From NCBI RefSeq assembly GCF_963506605.1, contig NC_083279.1, positions 100,998,001 to 101,062,000 on the forward strand: a stretch of DNA of 64,000 nt, in the 5' to 3' direction. Of this stretch, positions 11,016 to 23,864 are shown in pieces. The position numbers and the translations under genes were made by a program. Position 1 is the first letter of the stretch. The number at the start of each line of letters is the position of its first letter. Source of the stretch: Zootoca vivipara (Eukaryota). Below the pieces are notes generated by a model. The model did not search any database and was not told where the DNA came from. It saw only the letters and a program-made list of their open reading frames with translations.

Positions 11016-14000
11016 GCCATTAGCAGGGGACAAAGGCCAGTGATGGCCCATCAAGAAAACCATTGGAGGGCAAGACTGCCAGGCAAGGGGGAGTGGGACC
11101 CCTTCTCTGCTGGGTGCTACTGGGCAGAGGCAAAGGCCAGGTTTGGGGTTTCACCTTTGGATGATGTAACCTGGGGGAGGTCTTTGGAGTCAATTAGTAG
11201 CAAGGTAGCTCAGTAGAGAAGAAGGAGGGGCAGAACTTTAAGTGAGCTGAGAATGACAAGTTGAAACCAAAAGACACAAAGAGTGGCTTTTTGCTGTCCT
11301 TTGAATCCAATGCTACCCTTATGGGGGAAACCAGACCCTCATGGGATGGCTCTGCAATCTCTCCATCTAGGTGCAGGTTGCATATACTGTATGTGTAAAT
11401 AAAACCATGTATCATAAAGACACCACATTCTCCACTGTGCCTCATAGTCCCAAAAGGGAACACAGACCCTAGTAGGCAGGCATGCAATGTCTGGAATCTC
11501 ACACTCTTGTGGAGATGGGGTGGCATGTAACAATATTATGAATTTGAGAGTCTCCCCCTCCACTCCCAGCCAGGGCTTCCCTCTGAATCTTCTCCACCCC
11601 CTCAAACTTACCTTTTCCATTCACTGTCTGAGACAGTCTCTGACCAGCACCCTAGTGCAATGTCCCCACAGATAGGAAAGATTAAGAAGAGGGAGGCTTT
11701 GTAGACAGGAAAGATGCCTGTAGCTCAGTGATAAGAGCACCCAATTTGCATGCAGAAGGTTCAATTCCTGATGGCTGGTTGGGAATATCCCTTGCCTGAA
11801 ACGCGGAGGTTGGCTGCCAGTCACTGTAGAAAACATTGAGCTCGGTGGTCTGAGTCAGTTCTTCCTGTGCTCCATTTTTCCTTTTGCTGTGGTTCCTTTG
11901 TAGGTGAACAGCTTCTTCTCCCAGTCTAGCCATATACATTTCACTGTTTAGAAACAATGGCAGGAGGATCAGCTGCAACCTGAGATTCCCAGGGCCCTGC
12001 ATCTACCCAAGATGCCTTATATGTGGCAAGACATGGGAACCTTCAGTTCTGGGCTCAACCCATTCTAGGCAGCTGCCCATCCCCTCCCTCACCTGTGGTT
12101 AAATTTACAAGGGAACCTCCATTGCTCAAAGAAGCCCTTCTCACCTGTGCCTTGCTACAGACTCCGGGGGGGGGGGGATGGCATGGCAGTGGGAGAAGTC
12201 CCTTTTATTCATCCATGACTAGACAGAGCCCGCCTCTTTGTTTCCTGCCATCTGTCACTTCCAGTGACATCCAGTAGCTCGGCTGGAAGATAAGGAGGGC
12301 TCCAGCCTAACACCAAGAAAACACTAACCATTTGGAGCTTGGCTGCCTTGCAATCAATAGGGGTCCAAGTTCCTTTGGTGACTCATCTGGTCCACAAACA
12401 ACCTGACCCAGAGCACCCACCTAACAGGGGGCAGGAGAATGCTCCAATGTCGCAGATTCATTGACGGATGGGGCCAGAAACAGGTCACAGAATCACAGAG
12501 TTGGAAGTGACCCCGAGGGGCATCTAGTCCAACCCCCTGCAATTCAGGAATATCAGCTAAATATCACATGGACTAAGGGTGGAACCATTGATGAGAAACA
12601 CCATAGACCCGTAAGGATCCTCAAGGCGGTGCTGGACTACAACTCCCATCACCTGTGACCATTGGCCATGCTGGCTATTGGGGCTGCTGCACTCAGGTCC
12701 AGCTTGCAAACCTCCCCCTAGGCATCTGGATGGCCTCTGCAAGAAAAGGATGTGGGGTTAGCACGTCATCTTCTTACATCATATTCTTACACTAATGGGA
12801 CTTGAGTTCAGCAACATTTGGAGAGCATCCATGTCACAGACAGCAGATTTTTTTAAAAAAGAGTTAAGTAGAATAAGAGTCAATCAGAAACTTTAAGAGA
12901 ATGCCTTTACTTTATTAGGAAAAACTAAGTTTCACTATAGTGTGTGGGGCTTTTGATTTACACAGAGCTCTTTGTCTTACTGCCTGCCAAGAGAGAGAGA
13001 GACAGAAAATGTGGGAAACTTAGTGGTAAGTCTTATTCTAAGACTGAGAATGGAAAAAATAATTGCAGACAAATTAAGCTGAACTCTGCCTTGTGAAGAA
13101 AATCACAAGCTGCAGAGTGGTGTCCTGAGGGACCGAGAAGCAGCGGAGGTTCTCTCTTTGGAAATACTTTTTTTAAAAATTCAGTTGGTTTCAAACCTCA
13201 GTTATTGATCTGAATGCCCACCAGAATGTTCTTCAGATCCAAATGGCTCTGCTGTTCATTCCTCAAGGCCACTCCTTGGCACGACGCCAGCCACAAGCTA
13301 GACTTGCACCCGCTCTGGGAATTTTCCTTAAGGAATTCCCCAGATCCAATAAAACCTCACTACTTCAAAAGCTGCCTAGAACAAAGCTTGCATGATGGCA
13401 GTGACAGACCGCTACAGAACAGGAAGGAGATTCACACACTGCCAGAGCCCCAGAGTGATCAGAATGATAGCTGGAATATTCCTTACAGGACTGAGAGACT
13501 CTGCATGGTACATGGCAAATTTCCCGACATGCCTGTCGGCTCTCTCAGCTTGAAGGCTGACTACTCTTCTGCTTGTAAAGGTTAGCAAAGTGCACAGTGG
13601 TGGTGTCTGGAGAAACTTTTCGACTTACATCCCAAAAGGCAGTTAAGGAGGGAGTGGGGTAGGGGGAGTGCCAGAGTTTCTTAAGCCAGACACCTGCTGG
13701 AATATTCAGGACAGATAAAAGAAAGGACTTTTTCATGCAGCACAGAGCCAAACTATGGAACTCGCTCCCACAGGAGAGAGCCACCAACTTGGATGGCTTT
13801 AAAGGAGGATTTGCTAAAATCACGGAGAAGGAGAGGGCTATTGATGGCTACTAGCCAGGATGGCTCTGCTCTGCCTCAAAGTCGGAGGTAGCAATGCTTC
13901 CAAATAGCAGTTGCTGGAAACCTGAAGAGGGTGGAGGGCTCTTGTGTTCAAATTCTGCTTGGGAGTTTCCCACTAAGGCATCTGGTTGGCAGCTGTGAGG

Positions 14001-14111
14001 ATGCTGGACTAGACGGGCCACTGGCCTGATCCAGCAAGCTCTCCTTATGTTCCTTGGCTCAATGTTACATTAGATGCAAGATCCATCTCTTGCAGGTTTT
14101 AAAACTGTTAT

Positions 14112-14466
14112 TAAAGGGGCCCCTGACCATCAGGTCCAGTCGTGTCCGACTCTGGGGTTGCGGCGCTCATCCCGCTCTATAGGCCGAGGGAGCCGGTGTT
14201 TGTCCCCAGACAGCTTCTGGGTCATGTGGCCAGCACGACAAAGCTGCTTCTGGCGAACCAGAGCAGCGCACGGAAACGCCATTTACCTTCCCACCGGAGC
14301 GGTCCCTATTTATCTACTTGCACTTTGATGTGCTTTCGAACTGCTAGGTGGGCAGGAGCTGGGACCGAGCAACGGGAACTCACCCCATTGCAGGGATTCG
14401 AACCGCCGACCTTCTGATCATCAAGCCCTAGACTCTGTGATTTAACCCACAGCGTCACCTGGGTCC
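14112..14466 (-). mobile_element. Sauria SINE, near full length
   Basis: Reverse complement of the 41995 element, with B box GGTTCGAATCC. Confidence 0.9.
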
Positions 14467-14694
14467 AGTTGTAAAAGGCCTGATTCAGATCAGGACTGCA
14501 ATGCTGGGGAAAATCTAGCACCAGATGGGCAAGATGGACTGAAGAGTCAAGATTATGACAATCAATGAATTTCAATATGTTTTTTGCTCATGCATCCTTG
14601 CTCACTTTGGGGGCAAGGATGCTGGGGTGCATCATCCTTTGGTCTGCAGTAGGGCTCCTCTCTTTTTAGAATCAATGAATAATTGAAAGAGAGA

Positions 14695-15010
14695 ACTGTA
14701 GAGTTGGGAGTAACCCCAAGGTCATCTAATTCAACTCCCTGCAAGGCAGGAATGGCAGCTAAAGAATCCATGGCAAGTGGTCATCCAACCTCTACTTAAA
14801 AGCCTCCAAGGGAGGAGAGTCCATAACCTTCTGCGGGAGTCCATTCCACTGTTGAACGGCTCTTACTATGAGAAAGTTCTTCCTAATTTTTAGTTGGAAT
14901 CTTCTTTCTTGTCATTTGAATCCATTGATTCAGATCCTACTTTCTGAAGCAGCAGAAAACAAGCTTGCTCCATCTTCCATATGAAAGCCTTTGAGATATT
15001 TAAGATGGCT
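14695..15010 (-). mobile_element. CR1 3' fragment (older)
   Basis: Diverged match to the 53439-53740 CR1 sequence. Confidence 0.75.
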
Positions 15011-15311
15011 ACACCACAGAATCATAGAATTGTAGAGTTGTAAGGGATGACTAGGGTCATCTAGTCCAATCCCCTGCAATACAGGAATATGTAGGTGGCC
15101 CATAGGGGGATTAAACCCACATTATCACATTATCAGCACCACACTCTAAACAACTGAGCTCAGTTCTCAATGTCTTTAATACCATTATGTTCTTCATGGA
15201 TTGATGGTCTGCTGCTAGATTATGTACTGCAATGGATTTATAATTGCTGCTTTTTTCTAGCATAAAATAAAATCTCCAGTCTGTAACTAGATCCCTTCCA
15301 GATCCCAGATA

Positions 15312-16268
15312 ATGCCCATTCTGAGCAACAGCAGTGACTTCAGTCCGCCAACCTTCATGCTGATGGGATTCCCTGGGCTGGAGATGTATCACCGCTGGAT
15401 CTCTGTCCCATTCTGCTCTATCTACCTCATGGCCCTTTTAGGCAACAGCACCATCCTCTTTGTCATCAAGACCAACTCAAGCCTTCACCAGCCCATGTAT
15501 GTTCTCCTTTCCATGTTGGCCATCACCGACTTGGGCTTGTCCATCTCCACCTTACCGACGGTGCTGGGGCTCTTTTGGTTCAATGTGAGGGAGATTGACT
15601 TTAACGCCTGTGCCACACAACTCTTCTTTATTCATACCTTCTCTTTCATGGAGTCCTCAGTGCTGTTGGCCATGGCCTTTGACCGCTACATTGCTATCTG
15701 CAACCCACTGAGATACAGCAGCATCTTGACAAACTCAGTGTTGGTCAAGATTGGCCTGGCCATTGCCGCAAGGAGTTCAGGCATTGTGCTGCCAACACCG
15801 TGGCTACTCAGGAGGTACAAGTACCCCAGGGGCACCCTGCTGCTCTCCCACTCATTTTGCTTACACCAAGATGTGCTGAAGCTCTCTTGCTCTGACTCAA
15901 GAGTAAGCAGTGTCTATGGTTTGTGTGTTGTCCTTTGCACTTTGGTGATTGACTCTCTGCTCATCCTGTTGTCATATGTGAAGATCATTAAGACCATCAC
16001 AGTCATCGCCTCCAGGGAGCAGCGGCTCAAGGCTTTCGACACATGTGTCTCCCACATCTGTGTTGTCTTGATCTTCTTCATTCCTGTGATTGGGGTGTCA
16101 ATGATACACCGATTTGGGAGGCACATTTCCCCCGTTGCTCATATCCTCATGGCCAATGTCTACCTCCTCATCCCACCAGTCCTCAATCCCATCGTGTACA
16201 GCGTGAAAACTCAGCCCATCCAGAAGGGCATCTTGATGGCATTTGGTAAAAAAAGGACCATCCGCTAG
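15312..16268 (+). CDS. Class I olfactory receptor, OR51-like (318 aa)
   Basis: LHQPMY, MAFDRYIAICNPLRY, SHSFCLHQD, KAFDTCVSH, HRFG, PPVLNPIVYSVKT; NSS sequon. Confidence 0.95.
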   Translation: MPILSNSSDFSPPTFMLMGFPGLEMYHRWISVPFCSIYLMALLGNSTILFVIKTNSSLHQPMYVLLSMLAITDLGLSISTLPTVLGLFWFNVREIDFNACATQLFFIHTFSFMESSVLLAMAFDRYIAICNPLRYSSILTNSVLVKIGLAIAARSSGIVLPTPWLLRRYKYPRGTLLLSHSFCLHQDVLKLSCSDSRVSSVYGLCVVLCTLVIDSLLILLSYVKIIKTITVIASREQRLKAFDTCVSHICVVLIFFIPVIGVSMIHRFGRHISPVAHILMANVYLLIPPVLNPIVYSVKTQPIQKGILMAFGKKRTIR

Positions 16269-16925
16269 GAATGGCTTTGGACACTCCAGGTTTCCACTGG
16301 GAATTCTTCAACTATGTTGCTTTATGGTTCATTTACTTGTTCATTGTTTTGGTTCTGAATTTTCTGGCTCCTATCCCTAAAGTGCTGTACAGCCCAAAAT
16401 ACAAACAACAGTTTAAAAATGCATGCACTGGATGTTTTGGGAAGGAAATAGAGATGTTTTGCTTTGCTGCTGGATTAGATATTAAAAGCCTTGGAAATTC
16501 TGAAGCATGGAAAAATCCAGCTTTGGGAGGCGCTCTTGTGAGAGGGGATTGAAATTTTGGAGAAAATTAAAGGGTACACTACTTGCTTTCTCATCAAGTC
16601 TTATTTTACTGCTTTAACAACATAAAATACATAGTTCATAATTTAGCATATAAAATTGTACTTATTTATGAAATTGACAGAGAAATCCTGCCCAATGTAC
16701 TCTGTAACTTGTAAGTGCCTTTGAGGATTTTTTTACAACCAGGCAGTGTACAAATTTTATGAAATAAATACATTTCCATATGAAAACAATGAGGCATTCC
16801 ATAGGTTTTCAAAAGTCACAATAGTAGATTAAAAGTGAAATTTGAGGGAAAGCCTCACTGATTTGCTATTGTTGTAAAGAACTCTCACTGAATTTAATGG
16901 GATTTACTTCTGAATAGACATGGCT

Positions 16926-18118
16926 GTTGTTGTTGTTGTTGTTGTTTAGTCGTTTAGTCGTGTCCGACTCTTCATGACCCCATGGACCATAGCACGCCAG
17001 GCACTCCTGTCTTCCACTGCCTCCCGCAGTTTGGTCAAACTCATGTTGGTAGCTTCGAGAACACTGTCCAGCTATCTCGTCCTCTGTCCTTGAGCTTCAG
17101 ACCATATTTTGCACTCTCCTCTTTCACCCTCATTAAAGGGTTCTTTAATTCCTCCTCACTTTCTGCCATCAAGGTTGTGTCATCTGCATATCTGAGGTTG
17201 CTGATATTTCTTCCGGCAATCTTAATTCCGGTTGGGATTCATCTAGTCCAGCCTTTCACATGATGAATTCTGCATATAAGTTAAATAAGCAGGGAGACAA
17301 TATACAACCTTGTCGTACTCCTTTCCCAATTTTGAACCAGTCAGTTGTTCCATATCCAGTTCTAACTGTAGCTTCTTGTCCCACATAGAGATTTCTCAGG
17401 AGACAGATGAGGTGATCAGCCACTCCCATTTCTTTAAGAGCTTGCCATAGTTTGCTGTGGTCGACACAGTCAAAGGCTTTTGCATAGTTGATGAAGCAGA
17501 AGTAGATGTTTTTCTGGAACTCTCTAGCTTTCTCCATAATCCAGCGCATGTTTGCTATTTGGTCTCTGGTTCATCTGCCCCTTCGAAATCCAGCTTGTAC
17601 TTCTGGGAGTTCTCGGTCAACATACTGCCTAAGCCTGCCTTGTAGAATTTTAAGCATAACCTTGCTAGCGTGTGAAATGAATGCAATTGTGAGGTAGTTG
17701 GAGCATTCTTTGGCGCTGCCCTTCTTTGGGATTGGGATGTAAACTGATCTTCTCCAATCCTCTGGCCATTGCTGAGTTTTCCAAACTTGCTGGCATATTG
17801 AGTGTAGCACCTTTCTCTCCAAGATGTCTGGCTCAAGGTCATCAACCACACTACCTGGGGTGTACGAGACCTCCATATCTTTCTGGTATAATTCCTCTGT
17901 GTATTCTTGCCACCTCTTCTTGATGTCTTCTGCTTCTGTTAGGTCCTTACCACTTTTGTCCTTGATTATGGTAATCTTTGTACGAAATGTTCCTTTCATA
18001 TCTCCAATTTTCTTGAACAGATCTCTGGTTTCCCCCATTCTATTGTTTTCCTCTATTTCTTTGCATTGCTCGTTTAAGAAGGCCCTCTTGTCTCTCCTTG
18101 CTATTTTTTGAAAATCTG
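16926..18118 (-). mobile_element. Bov-B LINE, 5'-truncated, two internal deletions
   Basis: (GTT)n tail at left; matches the 30437 copy in three blocks with jumps near 17088 and 17812; TSD CATGGCT at 16919-16925 and 18119-18125. Confidence 0.92.
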
Positions 18119-19144
18119 CATGGCTAGGATTGCACTTATAGTGCACATCAACTGCCTTTGGCAACAAATTGAAACAAGAACAGGCACCTGTATACATCAC
18201 TGAATATGTAAATATTTATTGCAAAACATTTTTTAATGCATTTATAAAAAAATATTTACATACTGCTATTCATAAAAAAATATCAGATCAGTTTACAATA
18301 ATTCTACATAAAACCATACAATAATAACCATATAAAAGTGTTAAAATCAGAAATCAGTATTCTTAATTGCCTTCACAAGTCTGATGGAACAGAAATGTTT
18401 TCAGCAGACTTTGGAAGTTAAAATAGAATCACTATTAGCAGAGTATTGCACAATACTGGTTGATGGCACCAAAATCTCAGTTTCTCATGGTCAAATGAGC
18501 CTTGCCAACCAACAGTTCTCCTGCAGATGATGGGGAAGGGATGCAGCACAGTGGAACAGCATCTGCCTTGCCTGAGGAAGGTCCCAGGTTCAATCCCCAG
18601 ATACGACTGAGAGAGGCTCCTGCCTCAAACTCTGGACAGTCACAGCCAGTCGATGTAGACAAGACAATGGTAGATGGATCAGTGGTCTGAGTCAGCATAA
18701 GGCAGCTCCCTATGCTTGCTATCCTATGAACTCAGTGACTTAGCTGGGATACAAGTGTTCAGATTATCTCTGAGGCGCACTGGACTTAAGTGGTTCAGTG
18801 CTTTGACGAGGATCTTGAACCTGGCTCAGTAGCAGACGGGCAGCCAATGCAGTTGTTTTAACGATAGTGTCAGGTATTCACTACCACATGTCCCCATCCA
18901 CAGTCTGGTTGCTGCATTCTGCACCATTTGGACATTTTGGGCGCCTTGTTCTCACACAATTTTGGGCTGAGATCTTGCCCCCCCCAAAAAAAGAATTTGG
19001 GGAGGCCTGCGATTTTGGGCAGTCCCCCAAAATGCATGTTTTTGGACACTGTGCCCCTGAAAGGAATTTTTCCAGGTCCATGATCTCACATCGGTTACAT
19101 GACTCACACAGGAATTCGGACCCATAAGATGATAATTTATAATA

Positions 19145-19145
<1 letters not shown>

Positions 19146-19187
<42 letters not shown>
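19146..19187. repeat. (TAT)n microsatellite
   Basis: Read directly. Confidence 0.95.
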
Positions 19188-19879
19188 GCCACATTGTGTT
19201 GGAGGATATGAAAGAAACCCAAGAGCAGCTTCATATACAGCATACTGTATTGCCTTGAGTTTGCCAACTCATATTCGACTGTCTGTCTAGGTATAGCCTT
19301 AGTTGGCACATTAGACAAAGCTGGAAAAAGATACTCCTGGTCACAGAGGACACTTGGGCCTCAAGGGACAAAGCTGTACCCAGGAGTACACACTTGCTCC
19401 TTCAGAGGGAGTGTACCCCCACCCAACACAGATGGGGTAAATTGCCTGTCACATGAACATGGCAACCACCCACACAAAGAGCTGCCATCTTCCCAGATGA
19501 CACACAGCCCTACTTCACCACTACATCTGAACCAGGAGCGACTGTGAAAGCTCTGAACTGGCGTCTGAATGCAGCGGTGGACTGGATGAGGGCCAATAAA
19601 CTGTGCTTGAATCCTGCCACAATGGAGATCAAATTGACAGATGGAAGCACATCCACTTGATTGTCATTTTCAAGAGATTCCTCTGACATGCCCAACTGGG
19701 AGTCGGTTACCTTAAATCCAGGGACTTACTGCTGAGTGGCTAGCTATAGGATTGCACTGGAAAATAAAGAAAACACATTCAGACTATGTGGCACAAATAT
19801 TATAAATGTACTGGTAGCTACAATGGCAACAACTCAGCTGATCCGCAGCCACTTGTCTACAGATGGAGGTCTTGCAAAA

Positions 19880-20170
19880 TTTACCTGGCTCCCAGGAATT
19901 TGTCCCAGGCTTCACAGTGAATGAGCTTCGCTACTTAGCAGTTCCCAGGGGCGGCTTCTGCTGAATGCAAGCACTTCCCAGGAGAGGTGCAAAGGGACAT
20001 ATAAAGAAGGCTCCTCAGTTGTGAAAGCGTTCCAGGGATGTGCCCATGTCCCTAGGCTAGGGAATGGTTGTCTTCTTATGACAGAGCTTCAGAAAGCTGG
20101 AAGAAGGCACCCAAAGCCCATCCGAACCAACCTGCTTTGAATCCTCTAACTGAAGCTCATTTCGGTGAGT
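19880..20170 (+). promoter_or_regulatory. Probable promoter and non-coding first exon of OR 22877
   Basis: Several O/E(EBF)-like sites (e.g. TTCCCAGGGG 19942-19951), TATAAA 20000-20005, donor TCG|GTGAGT at 20165. Confidence 0.5.
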
Positions 20171-20580
20171 TGTGTTTCGTTTATTCTGTGTCATGATAGA
20201 TAAGTAAATGGAAGGCAGTTAGGCAGGGAGAGAGGAAGAGAGAGAGCGAAAAGACCTGCTCAAGTCCCTAACAAGTTCAAAGAATCATACAACTGTAGTG
20301 TTAAAAGGGGCCTAAAGGGCCTCTGCAATGTGATTGTAGCAGCCATTGCCAACTTGGTGCCCTCCAGATATTTCAGACTACAACATCAAAAAGCTGTGCT
20401 GATTCAGGTTGATAGAAGTTGTGGTCCAAAATTTTGGCAGCACAGAAATTTTCAAAAGCTGGTTTGTTAAAAAAAATTTTTTAGAAGGGAAGGCTTAGAT
20501 GTTATGCAGAGATGCTTCATTCCTGTATAAAGAAATAAGATGCTGAGGTTTGCAGTTGGCAGCCTTCTTGATAAAGCACA

Positions 20581-21416
20581 TTGTTGTTGTTGTCGTTGTT
20601 GTCGTTTAGTCGTGTCCGACTCTTCGTGACCCCATGGACCAGAGCATGCCAGGCACTCCTGTCTTCCACAGCCTCCCGCAGTTTAGTCAGACTCATGTTC
20701 GTAGCTTTGAGAACACTGTCCCATCATCTCGTCCTCTGTCGTCCCCTTCTCCTTGTGCCCTCCATCTTTCCCAGCATCAGGGTCTTTTCCAGGGAGTCTT
20801 CTCTTCTCATGAGGTGGTCAAAGTATTGGAGCCTCAGCTCCAGGATCTGTCCTTCCAGTGAACACTCAGGGCTGATTTCCTTCAGAATGGATAGGTTTGA
20901 TCTTCTTGCAGTCCATGGGACTCAAGAGTCTCCTCCAGCACCATAATTCAAAAGCATCAATTCTTCGGCGATCAGCCTTCTTTATGGTCCAGCTCTCACT
21001 TCCTTACATCACTACTGGGAAAACCATAGCTTTAACTATATGGACCTTTGTCAGCAAGGTGATGTCACTTTCTGCCATCAAGGTTGTGTCATCAGCATAT
21101 CTGAGGTTGTTGATATTTCTTCCGACAATCTTAATTCCGGCTTGGGATTCATCCAGTCCAGCCTTTCACATGATGAATTCTGCATATAAGTTAAATAAGC
21201 AGGGAAACAATATACAGCCTTGTTGTACTCCTTTCCCAATTTTGAACCAATCAGTTGTTCCATATCCAGTTCTAACTGTAGCTTCTTGTCCCACATAGAG
21301 ATTTCTCAGGAGACAGATGAGGTGATCAGGCACTCCCATTTCTTTAAGAGCTTGCCATAGTTTGCTGTGGTCAACACAGTCAAATACTTTTGCATAGTCA
21401 ATGAAGCAGAAGTAGA
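20581..21416 (-). mobile_element. Bov-B LINE 3' part with internal deletion near 21066
   Basis: (GTT)n tail; RT motif FIDYAKVFDCVDHSKLW on -. Confidence 0.92.
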
Positions 21417-22300
21417 AACACAAATAGGGAGAGGCCTTGGGTGGTTGGGTGGAGAATGAAGGTGCCATTACCTCAACCTTATCCATTCTTAAATGCTACT
21501 CACAAAGAGGCAGCATGACAGAAACAGAGCTATCCTCTGAAATTCACATTTCTTTGAATTTTGTGATGCAGTTCTCTAACAAAAAATATGTACAGAAAAT
21601 GTATATATTGGGAGTAATGTGCAAGAAAATGCATGTATTAGTGAAAATAACATGCACACATGCACTAAATTAGGGAAATTGCTTGCAAAAATGTGTGTGC
21701 TAGAACTGCATACAAAAATGTGTGTACTGTATTAGGAAGAGTTTGCACTAAAATGCTGATTGATTTATATGAGGATATTTTTTTCCAGGGGTCTGGTCTG
21801 CTGGGCAGTGGCCCTGCAACACCTGAAAAGGCTTGGGTGCAGTCTGCCATGGCAGCTATGACACATGTAGACAATGCCTTGTGGCTCCTTGCCACCATCA
21901 TTGAGGTGCCCAAGTGGCCAAATTCCTGATGACCAGTAATGCTGATGCAACTGCTGTTCAGTTTTTGTAGGAAAATGTAGACCCTGCCCACCTTCCGCAC
22001 ACAAACATTGCCTGTTTTTTCCAAAAGGCACCCATCAGTAGATCATTGGGGTATTAGTTGTTGATATTAGTGGCAGACACAGCGTACCCAAAACAGACAG
22101 CCATCTGCTCTCCAGCAAAGTTGTATAGGGGGCCATATGTCACTTCCATTTAGAATGGTGACATATTCATATGTCAGGCTTCCTTTATAAATGCCAGCAA
22201 CAAAGTCTTCACTAAAGTTCCCATTGAAGTGACTGACCACCACAGATTAATCAATGTAACTGTCATCAGCCTTGAATCATAGAAAGTAGAGTTGGAAGGC

Positions 22301-22368
22301 TCTGGCGTGCTATGGTCCATGGGGTCACGAAGAGTCGGACACGACTAAACGACTAAACAACAACAACA
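22301..22368 (+). mobile_element. Bov-B 3' terminal fragment inside a CR1 fragment
   Basis: CTGGCGTGCTATGGTCCATGGGGTCACGAAGAGTCGGACACGACTAAAC plus (CAA)n; flanked by repeated AGAGTTGGAAGG. Confidence 0.85.
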
Positions 22369-22876
22369 GAGTTGGAAGGGACCTCAAGGTCATATACTCC
22401 AGCCCCCTCCAATGCAAGAATCTCAACTAAAGCATCCATGGCTATCCAACCTCTGCTTAAAAACCTCCAAGGAAGGAGAGTCCACCACCTTGTGAGGGAG
22501 TGTGAGGGAGTCTGTCCCGCTATCCAACAGCTCTTACTGTCAGAAGGTTCTTCCTGATGTTTAGTCGGAACGTCCTTTCTTGTTACTTGAATCCAGAGAT
22601 TCGGGTCCCTTGATCATCTTGGTTTCCCTCATCTGCACAGGCTTCCCTGCGATGGTCAATGTCCATGTGACAATGGAAAAGCAATTTGTGATTCACACTT
22701 AGCCTGGAAGGGGAAAGAAATGCACACCACTCAAGAAAATAACATTTTGAAAACCGCTTTGAGGGCTTTTCTTCTTCTTACAATCAAGTGGTGTATAAAT
22801 TTTATGAAAGAAATAACTGTGTTTCTTTTAATAGAGAACAGCAAAGACTACGGGAGAAAGTTATTGGAAGACTATC

Positions 22877-23836
22877 ATGTCCTCCAACCACTCAGCCTTC
22901 AGTCCTCCTGTGTTCCTCCTGACAGGCTTCCCAGGGCTAGAAAAACACCATGCCTGGATCTCCATCCCCATCTTCTCCATGTACCTGGTAGCCATTGCAG
23001 GGAACAGTACCATCCTCATCATCATCAAGATGGATCAAGCCCTCCATGAGCCCATGTACTATTTCCTCTCCATGCTGGCCATGACAGACCTGGGCTTGTC
23101 CATTACCACTCTGCCCACCATGTTGAGCGTTCTGTGGTTCAGTCACCGTGTGATCAGCTTCAACGCCTGCCTGGCCCAGATGTACTTCATCCACACCTTG
23201 TCCATTGCTGAGTCAGGAATTTTGTTGGCCATGGCCTTCGATCGCTTGGTGGCCATCCGGAACCCCTTGAGGTACACAACGATCTTGACCAACAAAACTA
23301 TAATCAAGATTGGGGTGGGGGTTGCCTTTCGGGCTGCCTTCCTCGTCCTCCCTGGATCCCTCCTGCTGAGAAGGCTGCAGTATGGAAAAGTAAGTGTGCT
23401 TTCCTATTCATTTTGCTTGCACCAGGATGTTCTGAAAGTGGTGCATTCAGACAAGAGAACCAACAGCATCTTTGGTTTGCTGGTGATGCTCTTTTCCACT
23501 GCTGTGGATTCCCTGTTGCTCGTCCTGTCCTACTTCATGATTCTCAGAACTGTGTTGGGAGTTGCCTCCAAGGAGGAGCGTTTCAAGGCGCTGAGTACTT
23601 GTGTCTCCCACATCTGCGCTGTCCTAAGTTTCTACATCCCCATGCTTGGCTTGACTATGATCCACCGCTATGGGAAGCATGCTCCACCCATCATTTTCAT
23701 CCTCATCGCTAATGTCTATCTCTTGGTGCCGCCTCTGATGAACCCTATTGTGTACAGTGTGAAAACCAAGCAGATCCGCACACGGATAATCTTGAAGCTC
23801 CGGAAGAAGGAAAAGGCACTAAAAGCCTCAAAGTGA
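22877..23836 (+). CDS. Class I olfactory receptor, OR51-like (319 aa)
   Basis: LHEPMY, MAFDRLVAIRNPLRY, FCLHQD, KALSTCVSH, HRYG, PPLMNPIVYSVKTKQIR; acceptor TTTCTTTTAATAG ending 22834. Confidence 0.95.
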   Translation: MSSNHSAFSPPVFLLTGFPGLEKHHAWISIPIFSMYLVAIAGNSTILIIIKMDQALHEPMYYFLSMLAMTDLGLSITTLPTMLSVLWFSHRVISFNACLAQMYFIHTLSIAESGILLAMAFDRLVAIRNPLRYTTILTNKTIIKIGVGVAFRAAFLVLPGSLLLRRLQYGKVSVLSYSFCLHQDVLKVVHSDKRTNSIFGLLVMLFSTAVDSLLLVLSYFMILRTVLGVASKEERFKALSTCVSHICAVLSFYIPMLGLTMIHRYGKHAPPIIFILIANVYLLVPPLMNPIVYSVKTKQIRTRIILKLRKKEKALKASK

Positions 23837-23864
23837 CAGGTTTCCCGACGCTACATATTCATTC

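Larger units (their letters stand above)
10518..11532 (+). mobile_element. Solo LTR (Gypsy or ERV type) containing two Sauria SINE pieces
   Basis: Termini TGTTA...TAACA, 4-bp TSD ATAT (10514-10517, 11533-11536), AATAAA near 11398. Confidence 0.65.

Noticed and set aside
13613-13621. AAACTTTTC, the motif of the mammalian class I OR J element (also on - at 23919-23927)
   Set aside because: Isolated 9-mers without clustered homeodomain and O/E sites; the second lies in an L2 fragment.
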